From Azolla caroliniana (taxonomy: Eukaryota; Plantae; Polypodiophyta): 64,000 nt of DNA. Position numbers and translations under genes: made by a program. Positions 12,031 to 25,249 of this stretch are shown piece after piece. Within the stretch, counting starts at the first letter, position 1. Every line of letters starts with the position of its first letter. The stretch lies in the NCBI GenBank assembly GCA_043228905.1, contig JBHGNT010000016.1:1302001-1366000 (forward strand), in the 5' to 3' direction. The notes under the pieces were generated by a model. The model was not told the origin of the DNA, did no database searches, and worked only from the letters and a program-made list of their open reading frames with translations.

Positions 12031-13199
12031 GGCGGTTCTCTGATTGAAGGATGAATCAAATACAATGACAAATGCATATATACATATTATTTGGATGTAT
12101 GGTTTTTCCTGCTTTTTTCCCCCAGTTCTGTTTCTGCCTCTCTCTCTCTCTCTCTCTCTCTCTGCAGGAAGAAAACAAATCAACCGCGAAAGCTCCCCAT
12201 TTCCGTGGCTATGGAAATTCAAAGGATTTCTTTTTTAATTTATTATTTTCGAGTTATTTTATTTATTTCTTTTGGTTGTTTGTTTCTCTCGCCGGGCTTC
12301 CAAAAACCATGGTTTAACAAGAAGGGTGGTTTTGGGGGGGGGGGGGGGGGGGGGGCACAGTGGTTTCTCTAGAGCCGGGGTGGTTTTATATACATATGTA
12401 CATTGTATAGCGATGGAGAGTATAGAATGGTTGCGCCCAACACATGTTACGTATTCAAAGTGTAATGGTCGGTCGATTGCCGTGCCTCTTGGCCGATTCG
12501 TCTGGCTCTCTCTAGCCGACCATATCTCCCAAATAGTGCCTAAAAAACTCCTTAGTCAGATAAAAGGTCAGGAAGGACCTTATTTTTACTTTTGCCCTTG
12601 CTTGCAGCCCGTCTTCGGCCTGCCCACCACTCCTAATCTCTTTGTGATTCACATAGGGAATGCGAACTTTTGTTGTTGCCAAAGGCATTGGGCTTGATGG
12701 AGCTCGCCAAGGGGAATGACACACCTTTGCCGAGAGACAACATGTAACATTTTGAGTTGGTTTCATGAAGTCATGTCACTTGATGGTTTGGATCTGTGCT
12801 CGGAAATTCCTTTCCATGTGTGTATATACAATATATATATATACTACCATTAGAATCTAGCAGAAATCACATATAATTTTTGTGGCGGAATTTATTCCCC
12901 TTGATAAATAGTTCCCCGTCGGTGGTAGGTTCACATTTTGCCATGTCGATCATTCATTGATCTTTCCACTTGACCACATGGTCATGCGGTAAACTATATT
13001 TGCTCGTTCTATTGGGACTTGATGGGAAGAATTCGATTCATTGATAACGAATCTATGGAATGTCTTGTTGAAAAGAACAAATGTTTGTCTCCTTATGAAT
13101 TGCATGGGCATTGATTCGGTTGTATCAAAGAATCGAATGATATTGTTATTCATACTTTCAACCGTCTCACATTAATTGCATTCGTTTCCTTGCTATTAA

Positions 13200-14400
13200 T
13201 AGAGACATATTTTATACATAGATAGCCAAAAAATTGAATAAAACATAGAAACATGGCTAGCTCAAGAAATCCTTGCATGCTGGTTTAGACATGATTTTCA
13301 AGCTCAAATATTGTGTGCCCACTATACGCAAATTCATACTAACATTAGATATGAAAAAATGCAAGGTTCAAATTGCAAACATGTCATTATTAGAAGACAA
13401 AAGGGAACATAATAGTTGGGTTCACAAATGACAATCGATTGCATGTACAAGAGTTAAAACCCCCTCAATATTATCTTTGTGAATCACAAATTCCATTAAA
13501 TGTGGCCAATTGGTGCCATTTGATTGAGCATTTTAACATCAACTACCATGCCATGCATTTCTTGTCATTAATAATTTACAACCTTGAACTTTTTTGGGTG
13601 CTCCCTTCCACACCTCGTGGACATAACCTAATCACCATTCTCAAAAGACTCAAATACATACATGATTACAATATCACGCGAGTTTTTGGTATAACAATTG
13701 CATTACGCAAGAAGAATCCTTTTAATTTAGACAATATTTTACCCATGAACGCAAGAACAAATGAGCATATGATGGCATAAAATATATAAGCATGATTATG
13801 ATGGTTGTGAATACCAATTTGTTTTTACCGAGATTTCAGAAAACAACCTACCCATGAATGACAAAACTTCTCAATCACCAACCACCACAACTACAACTCT
13901 TTTACCTTTATCTACACTTCCCATTAGTTCATGCATCTATTAATCAACTTTGGCACAACTTATAGTAAATTGCACACTTTATCTCTTCTCGAAAATTTAC
14001 AACCACCATGTAAAGTCTAGACTATATGCCAACAATGATAACGAGTTCCCTCGATTATAACATTTCATGTTTAAGGTGTGTCGTCAAAGTAACTCATTGA
14101 CTAGATTAATAATGCAAATGATGTCATGTTTACAACACAAAACCAACCTTACACGTTCTTTTATTGTTGCATGAACATGGGTTATCTCCCTCGTGATGAT
14201 TCAAACAAATGGTGGCAGTGTTAACAGCCCTATGTAATAATCTTTGGGTCAAGATCATGAAACTATTTGATATATTTGTATATCCACCATTTCCAGACAC
14301 TATATGAATGCTGATCTTATGTGCCATCTATTCACAAAATTTCCCCATGTGGTAGTGTGCACGACTAAAAATAATGCTAACTTAGATGTATCACACTACA
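13200..14400 (-). mobile_element. Possible highly decayed KDZ (Kyakuja-Dileera-Zisupton)-like transposase relic, N-terminal part
   Basis: Fragmentary Cys/His-rich translations (HHEGDNPCSC; KKCMAW...ATFNGICDSQR, resembling CxAC...DGxF.L.R) with many stops. Resemblance judged by eye only. Confidence 0.25.
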
Positions 14401-17400
14401 CACAAGTCTAGTACTTTCTATTTATTTATCAGTAACGATGCAAAAATGTGTATCTTATTGGTTTATTGTCACAACATATGGACATAACTAAATCATGAAA
14501 AAACATATAAACACGTTGAGAAAACATAACTATGAATAAAACTCATATCTACATGTATATTATGATACCAATATCATCTTCATGGTGCTTGTATTTGCTT
14601 TTGTTTTATAGAAAAATATATCGTACTCTTGAGTGTTCTTGCATAAAAAACGTGTGGTTCCTAACAACATTTGGTCAAGAAAAACTAAAATGGACACAAT
14701 ACTAGTGGATCCAACAAAATCATTGTGATGTACATAAATTTTATCAAATCCTAAAATATATGAATATGAAGGAGGTATCTAATACATAACTAAGAAAGAT
14801 ATGAACCTTCGAATGTAATCTTACACATCCTACAATTAAGAAATAACCGAAATGTATGTGGTTGCTCCAAATTAAATGCAATTGATTAAGATTTTAAAAG
14901 GCGTGAGCTAGTCATCTTTTATGTCATTTTATGACATAAAGTGTGATTCACCTTTTCTCTCTTTTTATGGTAGGCCATTATTCGATTGAGCTAGAAAGCA
15001 TGTTAATTGGTTTATTGTACACTTGTGACTCCATCCATCGATCAAATTGGTGGCCCTCGAAGATTCTCCAATTGGTTAAAAGGTGGTCCCAACCAAAGAT
15101 GTTGATCCCCTTATTATTGATTGAACATCCCCCCATTACATGACATGAATGTTAGGAGTATTTAAAGAGGGACATTGTATTTAGACCCCTAGAGTTCTAT
15201 ACTTTCTTGTAAGTCAGTCATGGTGATGTTTTTTCTTTCATAATGAAAGACATTATTTACGGGTTAAAAACCCCTTGTGGACACAAGGCAAAGTGCATGG
15301 CATAAATGTTGTGATGATGGTTAAGTGAGAGAAAAGTAGCCAAACTTATAAGGAAAAGAATCAAAGTGAATAAGATGGTTGATTACTCCACAATATGTGG
15401 AGAGAGAGAGGAATAGAGAGAATATCTTTTGACATCAACAAGAGATAGATTTTGATCTATGAGATGGGCCTAGCCCATGGCAATGATACAACTTGGATTC
15501 TCTCAAAATTTCGACTTTGATGCTTCAGTGTAAATGGAGAGACAGAAAGAATGCGTGTGTTTTGCATGGGTGCATGTGTAAGGGGGGTATCCTTGTATGA
15601 GCCAAGGTTTAACAAGTTATCTTTGATTAATTTGATAACCCTCGTTTGTTAATCCGACATAGGCATCCACTAACCAATGACTTGTTCTTGCCAATTTTGA
15701 CGGGCTCGAGAAAATGCAAGTGTTTTGAAACCACCTCTTTCACTAGATGAACTATTACTTGAGTACCATCTCTTCATTCAACAACCTTTACCAACCGACG
15801 TACTCTCTCTCTTGGTGGTTGCTATTTAGAATATGATAACTAGTGGATTAGAAGGAGCGGAAAAAAGCATGATAGAAACTTATGTCATATTTGCATGTAG
15901 GTAATTTTAGAGAAAGAAATTTATGTGAATAACCTATTTGCTACATTAGTGAGCTTCATAATGACCTATTACTAGAGAATTTGATAGGTGATTTGTCAAA
16001 GTATGTCATGGAAAAATGTCCTCCGACTTTTCATACAACAATGTTACACATATCTTTCGTGAGATAGATAGATTTTCTTATAAAAAAATAATCAAAGACA
16101 CACAAATAATCACATGAACCGTTTTCATGTCATTGAATCTACTTGTATACTAAGGAAATCACCACAATATATAAGACACAAGAATGTAAAATTTGAGGCG
16201 GCACATTTTAGTACATGAAGAATTTGAAGGAAAACCAAATGAGATAAAGGGAAATTCATATTATAGATTACAATATTTTGTAATGCAATGTTTGTATGGA
16301 CATTGTAAACGTAAATGATAACAAGTACGAAAAGGAGTAAATGAATGAAAGGGCTACCTCTAAACCCTTGTTTGGATGTAGTAAAAGGAAGGTTAAAAAT
16401 CCCTTTCAAAATCAAATGAAAATTTGAGTTGGTCGACGAACAATGAACTCCATAATTTCTCACATATATAAAAATATCGTGAAAACAATAACAAACATAG
16501 CATTCATGCGTCGACAAAATTGAAAAATGAAAGTTTGAAAACAACAATTCTAACGAAGAATGCATCCAATTTATATACTATGAAGATGCTAAGAAGATGG
16601 TAACATGAACTAATACCCGCTCTATTCTCTACATCAGACCGCTTGCAAGTACCAAATGCGCATGAGGCATTTTGAATAATGGCTACAATATCGAGTTTTT
16701 ATCGAACAATTGTCAAAGGATTTGCCAACTCTAGCGTGAATGTAATAAAAGATTTTACCATGGTGTACACGTACTTGCTCAAATAAAACAATACATGCTC
16801 AAATTTCGTTGTTTCATTTTTTGGCATAAACAATACTTGCTCAAATATCGTTGTTTTGTTTTTCGGCATAAGAACATTGTAGCAAGGCATATTAGGCATA
16901 TTTTGTGATGGGTTGTCGCATGGCAAAACTCCTTTGTAATATCATAAAACACGAAGCAATAAAATCTGATTCAACCAAATGAGTACACTAGTGAGCAATA
17001 GGAATAGTTGGTTTCGGCCTAAACATAAAAATGTTTGATTGCCCGTTCTCATTGCTCTTTCTTGACTACAATGGAAAGCTTTGAAATGATGCACATTATT
17101 ACCATTGAGATACTAAAACGAAGAGATTCAATTGAGCCTTACAGTGATAGACTACACAACTTAATCCAACAGAGAATTAAGAATGGTACCATGACATTTA
17201 AAGGACACTAATGTCTAGAAGAAGAGTATGGGAAGATTACTAGCCATAGCTTGTATTATTGACGAGGGCTTCAATCTAATTCGGCAATGATCCATGATGT
17301 TTCATTAGTAAGGTACAAACAAGCAACATCGTTACCGATCCTTAACTTTATTTGGCATTGCATAAACCATTTGAAAGAGTTATATGCCATGGTAGCCATC

Positions 17401-19769
17401 TATGTTATGTTCGTATATTTGTTGGTGATATAGTACCTTTAGTGCACGTGCACGTTGCCTATGATCCTAGTAGAAACAAATATGTCCAAAATGAGTCATA
17501 ATTCAATTAGGATTCAAAACTCACGAAAAACGATAATCAATCTACTATTACTATAGAAAGACAAAGAAAATCATGAAGACATGTAGGGAATCATGCCCAA
17601 ATGTGCACACATGATGTACACAACATTTCACAAACTCAAATAAAATAAAAAATATATATATTTCTCGTTCAAAGTGTAATGATAATTTTACTCCATGTAG
17701 TCCCTTAAAGTATTAGTATTATCCCTAGTTAAGAAGTAATGGTTAAATTATTGGCTTTTCCCTTGATGAAAATGGCCTAATTGTGTAGTTTGATATGTCA
17801 AAAGTTTAGAGTACGTTGGTAGATGATTTACGTGGTGCATAATTGTCAATGTCATTAGCCATCCCATCAAGTGTTGGGTTAAGTCTCTCAAGATGTGCAC
17901 CGGTGCTTACTATGTTGAGATGAATTACTTGCAACCATCACTTAAAAAATATAACCATTACTCCTTTGACATAAACACAATAATTGGTTTGTTGCTAACT
18001 TAATATGCGCATGCATTATGAGTTTGATATGAATTAAACACAATAATTGAGGAGCTAATTACTTAGTTTGATTTAAGTATAGAAAGGTAAATACTTAAAG
18101 GGGACAATCATATCATGCATGGTGTAAAATATCAATTGCCTTAGTATGTTTCATAGTACCAACCATATTACGTAAAATTCGTGTTCGTCTAGCATAACAT
18201 TCGTTTTCCTACGTTGGAAAACGAATGTGAATGTTATTCAAACATTCTTGTGTTTTTTTTTTTGTTTTTTTCCCGTTCTTTTAATGTTTTCCCCCCCCAT
18301 TTTTTAGGCTTATTTACCTCATAATAAATAGTTAATCCAAAAGTATGGTATTTATCATTCTTTGAGGGTGTTTTTCTTACGCGAATGCGAATGCACGTAT
18401 GGTACGTATGGTTCATACTATGGTACCAACCATGGTTCTCATCAAATTGCAAAAAACCAAGGGATACATTGTGATAAACCCAATTTGGGTTGCATAAGTA
18501 AATCCTCTAATTAATCATATATTATATTATGTTTGCTAAGTTCCCTTCATTTAAGGAAATCCCACTTTATGAGGGGTAGTTATGATTTCATAAAAAACCC
18601 AAAACTTGTAGCATATTATATGCAATTGCGATTCATGATCATTAAGCAACCATTGGTGAGATTATCGCATCTAGGGGTATCTTATATTATGTCAACACAT
18701 TTCTTGCAAGTATGCAAGTCAGTGAAATGTTTTAATTGCATCAATATTTGTGTATTTGGGCATGAGTGCCATTGATGTATGTATATGTGTATCATGTTTC
18801 CTTTTCAATAACACAAATTTTTGTCACCTACATGGGGTCTTTTTTACATTAATCATTAAGAATTCTCTTGAGCTTCACTTGAAAGATCTTTGTTTTTATC
18901 AAGCTACATTAATGTTTTTTCTACGATTGAACCAAACAAGAATGTGTTAAAATCATGTCTAGGGTTTAAAGTTAACCCCAAACCCTAAACTTAATCAACA
19001 ATAATGCAATTTTCTTTCTTTTCAATATCCATTTCAAACGAATTGCAGACTACTAATATGCAAATCGAGGGAATTCCCTAATTGTTGATTTGGTTACTAG
19101 AGGTACCACATACCAATTCCACAAATGGTAAAGCCACCTCATTGATGCATCGCTCTACCACTAGATAGAATGTTTTGAGGTTATATGAACAATCAATGTA
19201 AAAAACCAGAATTTAAGATAGATTTATTTTAACGATAACAAGGATCAAATGAATGGAACAACCACTACAAACAAGAATGTAAGTGAACATGAAACAGATC
19301 AAATGTCTGTGTTTTATTTTATAAAAAGCTCTTTTATTACAATTTTGGTTCGGCATTGACATTGATGTTTTTTTTAGCATTTTTGTTGCCTTAATATCTG
19401 TAAATACCAGAATATATTACAAAATATTACATTTGGCAAAATGTATCAATCAATCAACCATAAAACCATATTGTTCTCATGTGGAGAATCAGCAACATGG
19501 CATCTCGTAGCGAAGAATCATTAATTACCTTTGAACTATATGTATATAAATATGTGTATATGTAAATTTGCATGTATATATAAGCAAAAATAACCAGAGT
19601 TCTGATGCTTGAATCTGGAATTACACTTGTCCCAGTCAACCAAAATAAATTCAATCCTTCTGTTGATGCTTCTTCCTTCTTCTTCAATCACGAGTACACA
19701 TACCCTTGTACTCATCGTTTTCTGAGATTTCGTCGGGATAGAATTCGTTTTCCATAGGGGCTACTTCGA

Positions 19770-20100
19770 AGTGAAGGCATGTGAGGACGAATCGCTTCAA
19801 CAAGATATGTATGGACATCTCCCTACAAAAATCATTTCCGATAAAATTAATCTCTCCTCTCCCCTCCTCTCCCCTCCCCTCTTCAGACTGTACATCAACG
19901 AGGTAGTTATCTACATCAAACATGGAGGTGGCCGGGGAATTGACATATTAGGTACACCAATCCACATTCTTCTTGAGGTTGGCAGTCATAATGTTGGTCT
20001 TCGAATCTCATGCAGATCTACAACATAAGCTCAATGCTCTATACATGGTTTTTGACATGAAAAAGAGCCTAGAAGCACGTCTTCACCCTATCATGAGGGC
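19770..20100 (+). pseudogene. Decayed LINE reverse-transcriptase fragment
   Basis: PLLSPPLFRLYINEV...GIDILGTPIHILL / IMLVFESHADLQHKLNAL corresponds to RT motifs (CPLSP.LF.LYI.E; LL.ADD..L..ES...LQ..LNAL), with a frameshift. Confidence 0.65.
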
Positions 20101-21364
20101 AAATTCAAATAGAGGGTTCATATGTATATCTAAGAGTCACATTTACAAGCACAAAATGGGTGTTTTTCTATTGTTGGACTTCATCGACCAACCATGAGTA
20201 TGATGTCCAATCACCACGGCTCAAACCATACATATTAGTTATGCACTTCGTGGTTGATTTTTGCTTCTAGTAGATGTCTCCAGGACATTGCAATGGGGTT
20301 ATGATAGATCAGATGATAGCAATTTTTCGTGCACATAGGCCCCACCTCGTGAACCACTATCTCACCACCCTTAGTCATCGACAAAAAAAGGCCATTATCT
20401 CCCGTCATCACAGGTGCTTTCCTCAGTTCAGAGACCTCTCGATTCTGGATCGACCTATGCTAGAGATTTTTCAAACACAAATAGTACAATATATCTGACT
20501 TGAGAATCTTACATGTATAGATGACAAGATTCTTTGGTCACATCTTAATTATATTTCTATTTGCTTTTTTATTTAGATATGTTTATTTTGGTTTGCAGTT
20601 CTCAAACATGAGACAACATTTTAAGATGTAATCTCTTGTTTGGTCTTGTAGGCCATTTTGGCCTCTTAAAAGAAGTCAATATATCTTTCTTTCTTTCTTC
20701 ACTCTAGGGGTCACATTTTATCACTATGTATACCTAGGGGTAAGCTTAAAGGAACTCAACTCTCTTGGCAAGAGACATCAAAAGCTAGACTAATTCATTC
20801 CAAGATAATTATTTGGGAACCATGTCTGTTATCACATAAGGAAATAACCACTTGATGGGCCAGAAAGACCGAGCATCAAGATGGTATCAGCATATGGGAA
20901 GCTTCCTCATGCTCTAGAGTCTTTGTGACAACTGGCATTAGGTAGAATGCATAACTACCAATACAAAGGTAAACTGCATGGATAGACTTCATAACTACCA
21001 ATATAAGCATAGAGTGCATAACTACCAATACACCTCTCTAAATGGCATATCTGTGAAAGCAGATGGTGATCTATTGTCTACATAACTACCGATGCACCTC
21101 TCTACATGACATATTCCCATGTCAAGTATCTGCAAAAGGACATGATCAAGAATCCCTCAACCGAAATTACCTAAACTCTAAATGGCAAGCACACAAGTGC
21201 ATGATCAAACAACTTCCATGAAAGTCAGCCCACAACGCCATATAAAGTTTATCCAGCCAATACAAAAACTTCACCTGCCTAAGAAAAATCAAATGATCCT
21301 GCCTAGTGGATAAGCACAGGCTTAGGTGCACATCTGCACCTCCTTTCCTTGGTTGGGGGGATTA

Positions 21365-24300
21365 CTATTCATACTCAATGAACATGGTGAATGAGTAAAC
21401 CTACACTATTCTGTTGAACTTGCATACAATTTTTTTATTATTTAAGGTTTCTAAGAAAGGTTAAAAAGAGAAGTCTAACCTTGGAAATGGTCAAGGCAGA
21501 CTGGATAACATAGTTTGCAAATGGATCTTGGAGTAAGTTCGGAAGACAGGAGTTGTCAATGAGTTCTTGTACAATTCGAGCTATCCATTCATCATTGGAA
21601 AGCTTCAAACACTTTTCAACAACATTGCTACTAAATTTCTGTGTAGAGAGACGTGAATAATTTCCGGAAAGGTGATTCATCACTTGGTTAGATGCCCATG
21701 ATGAATCAAGCTCCAGAACATACTGCACAACATAGTTACTGCCATCAAATTTAAAAGACTACAGTTAGAGAAACCCGTTGGAAGTAAATAGGAAAATCTG
21801 CAACAATTAGATGAGGAAGAATTGAGATAGAATACAAAATAGAAGGCATTGATTATGATAAGTTATTTAATCTTATTGTAGAGCTTATATTGCATTATTT
21901 CATTGGATTTTCAACCTTAAAGCTCTGCACTGCTTCAACAATCCTAATTCATGTAGACGGCTAGTTGATAAGGTGATATTCAATAAAATAATAAAAATGC
22001 AAAGTAATAAAACATGCATCCTTTGCAGTACTATGCTTGAAATACTAATGGTTTCATTATATTGCAATATCAAAGTCCATGCAGTAAATCCTAATTTCAC
22101 GCACTTGATCTTTTAATATTTTTATTCAAAGAGTCTAGAATTATTTATTTTGATATTGCAATGTTAGCAAACAGTTCATAGCTAATTCTTAACAAGAAGT
22201 TTCTTGTGTTATGCGATACCAACCCAAATGGATCTTCTGAAAGTAGGAGAGCATTTGCAGCTATTTCAGAAATAAGGTGTTGCCTCGATGTTCCACTTGA
22301 ATAATCGATACACCGTTGCAAGACACAACACCCGTGCCTATGTGTAGCAATATCCACACAGTTGTATGCAGCGGCCTCAAATATAAACTGTGGATTTCCA
22401 CCATGTCAGAAATATGTGGGAATGTAACAGAAAATTTAATATCATGGGAGCAACTCAAAAACACCCAAGTTTTCCTTCGTTTCCCAAAATGCCCTTAGTT
22501 AAGCCTGTCTCCAGTGTACTATATGAGCAATTGCATGGTCAATTCATCCCTTTTCCTCTCTTTTGTTCGACATAATTTGGAAGAAAAATAATAAAAACCC
22601 AGGGATTTAAGGAAATAAAGTAAATAGAGCTTTCACCAAATTCATTAATTGCATGAGGTGTAAACTAACCCACCTGGTTGTCTTGATTGCTGAGATGTTG
22701 CAAACAACGCTGTATAACATGATTCCCATTCAAATCCTTGATTAACATGATAACACCTGGTCTTAATGCTTCTGTTACAACAGATATTTGGTTACTTGAT
22801 TTTAAGGTCTCAATAAGCTTCTGTACAGCACGAGTTCTGTCATACAAAAGAATTCATATTATTTAAAATAAAACAAAACTAAAGGAAGCTACAGGATAAT
22901 CCATCTTGCGTAATGAAGGTTCCACAAAGATTAAAAGTTTCCTTTATTACCCATGTAAGTTGAGTGAAACATTGATGAGCTCTCCTTTACTTGTTAGAGA
23001 TTTTAGTATATCTAATCTCTGATCTTCGTTGCAAACCTCCAATATCTTCTGAATCAGATAGTTTCCAAATGCATCCATCATTAGCTCAACTGCATGATCA
23101 ATTATTTCAGAAAAAATCTTCTCTACATCTTCCTTAGCACCCTCATCAAACTTATTTTGCAAAAAACGACATCCATACTGATCTTTTGCAATGGAGAATA
23201 TGCGACCTTCGATCTCTGCTAGGGATTTATATGGTATTTCTGGCACAAATGCATCTTTAACCATTTTCAAATTGACCTCTTGTGTATATGCATTAAGATC
23301 TTCTGATTCTGGCATTTTGACTATCAAATTTTGGTGAAGATTTGGTTTGGGTAAAACCTTCAATGAACCATTCATGAGTACACTATTGCAATCCAATGAC
23401 GGCGACAGTATTGAAGCTGACATAACTTTATTGCTTTGCCTGGAGATGCTCAGAGGAAAAGACGATTGCTTCTGATCTTGACATAATGAAGACCTACTAT
23501 GCAAAAATCTTCCTAATGCTACGTTTCCCGCACTACCCCTCAACTGAGAGTGTAGACGTGGACAATCATTCTCAATGCTACAAAGGCCATTTTGATTTGC
23601 AGAAGAACAAAAGTTTCTAGCATGTGAAACAAACTTGTCAGATCTACAACAGAATGCAGTATCGTGTTGTAATACTTGGAACCTCCAATCTGCTGAACTT
23701 GCATATGGACTATAAACATTATCTCCATCATCATCATAACATGAAGAAAAGAGAGGATTCCTGGGACTTGTTACATGATTTTTCATGCTTTGTAAAGGCT
23801 GATTATGGTGGTTTAGGAATTGTTGCATCCTTTGTTGCCTTTCTTCCTCTCCAATTGAATGTGTCATCTGCATTTCATAATGAAGATAAGATGGTATGGA
23901 AGGATTTGGGTGGCAACTATCCTTGGGAATAAAGGAAACATTACGTTTGGTTTCTCCTGCATACAAGCATGAATTCAGAGAATAACCAGGTGACTTTTTC
24001 ATCTTGGAATCCTGAGAGCACAAACTCATTTCATCTATATTCAAGCCACGCCCAAGAAGAAGATTTAAATGGGAATGGTTGTTTAATCCACCATTGGAAC
24101 AGGAATTACTCCTGTGTATGGGTTCCCTAGAATCCTTGTAATTAAAAAAACCTGTTGAACCATCCCTCAACACTTGACCACCATTCGAATAGGAATTACT
24201 CCTGTGCATCAATCCCTCACAATCCTTGTTGCAAAGAGAAAGTCTTGTTGAAACATCTCTCAACACATGACTACCAACATCTAAGAAAGTAGCAATCTTT

Positions 24301-25123
24301 CCACCACTCATGGCGTCGTACCTACCATGAGAAAATCCTCGATCTCCCATAACATTCTTCTGCATCAATAGATTGTTCTTATTTGTACAAAATGATTGAG
24401 ATGACGTAAAATCAGATGACAATGAGCAAGGTATTATATCAGATACAAAATTTGAGCTTTTCATATCTTTTGCAAACCGGTCAGGAATTAGAAATGCGGC
24501 ACATTCTTCATCATTTCTACCTAAAGAATGAACTACATGGTCAACAAAGTGTGTGGTTCTAGTTAATGCATTGATCTTATCATGGCTAAGGAAATTTGTT
24601 TGTATATCAGAAGAAGAGGTGTCCAATGAAACATCTCCAAAGAAATCTGCCAAAGAAACATCTGGTGACACTGAGCATTCAGAGAATCCAAGTGCTTCTA
24701 AATGTTCACCCTCCATGTGGTAGATTAATTGATCGCTTTGGGAAGTTTGGTTAAGGGATGCCAAAGAGACTTCTGAGACTCTCACCCCTACATTGAACAT
24801 AGCATAGTGTATGTATGAGACAGATTTAAAGAAGCATATGTATGAGAAAAGAGGGTCAAGATATAGGAACAGGACTTCTGAAATTCTCATATTATATTAG
24901 AATGTCAGCATAACATAAAATATATATATAATAACAAGATTAAGGAATAACATAGAAGCGAGGAGTAATTTCATGGCTCCTCACCTGTGGAGTAGGAGTC
25001 ACTTTCTGCAACTATAACATTGTTGTTTGTTTCCCTGGTTGCCTTTAAGTACTCCAAGAACTCTTCTGGACTTCCCATGATTTGGCTGAGAAGCTTTTCA
25101 AGTTCAACATCTTCAGGATCCAT
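21365..25123 (-). CDS. Pumilio/PUF RNA-binding protein, APUM7/8/12-like, with 8 PUF repeats and a CCCH finger; exons 25123-24985, 24787-22951, 22836-22674, 22387-22224, 21738-21480, tentative last exon 21400-21365
   Basis: Repeats: KDQYGCRFLQ, DAFGNYLIQ, NLHGTRAVQ, DLNGNHVIQ, HRHGCCVLQ, DPFGNYVVQ, QKFSSNVVE, DPFANYVIQ. The N-terminus is MDPEDVELEKLL. Splice phases are consistent; the terminal exon is uncertain. Confidence 0.9.
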
Positions 25124-25249
25124 CTTGGAGGGAATATTGTATTCTGCCAATGACAAATTTGAGAGCATGATCTTCGAAAGTAAAGTCTCTCTGGGGAGAG
25201 ATAAATGTGTGCATACTAAGGAAAAGGTGAAATGAAACAAAGCCTATGC

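Noticed and set aside
11426-12766. Several 64-178 aa ORFs upstream of the NRL gene
   Set aside because: Low-complexity (GAA, CT, poly-G) sequence with no recognisable domains.
14500-19400. AT-rich stretch with short ORFs (e.g. 16125-16565)
   Set aside because: No domain, splice-consistent model or terminal repeats recognised; probably old TE debris.
24788-24890. ORF-track N-terminus MRISEVLFLY... of the 647-aa Pumilio ORF
   Set aside because: It lies in the intron between donor 24984 and acceptor 24788. The family-like start is MDPEDVELEKLL at 25123.
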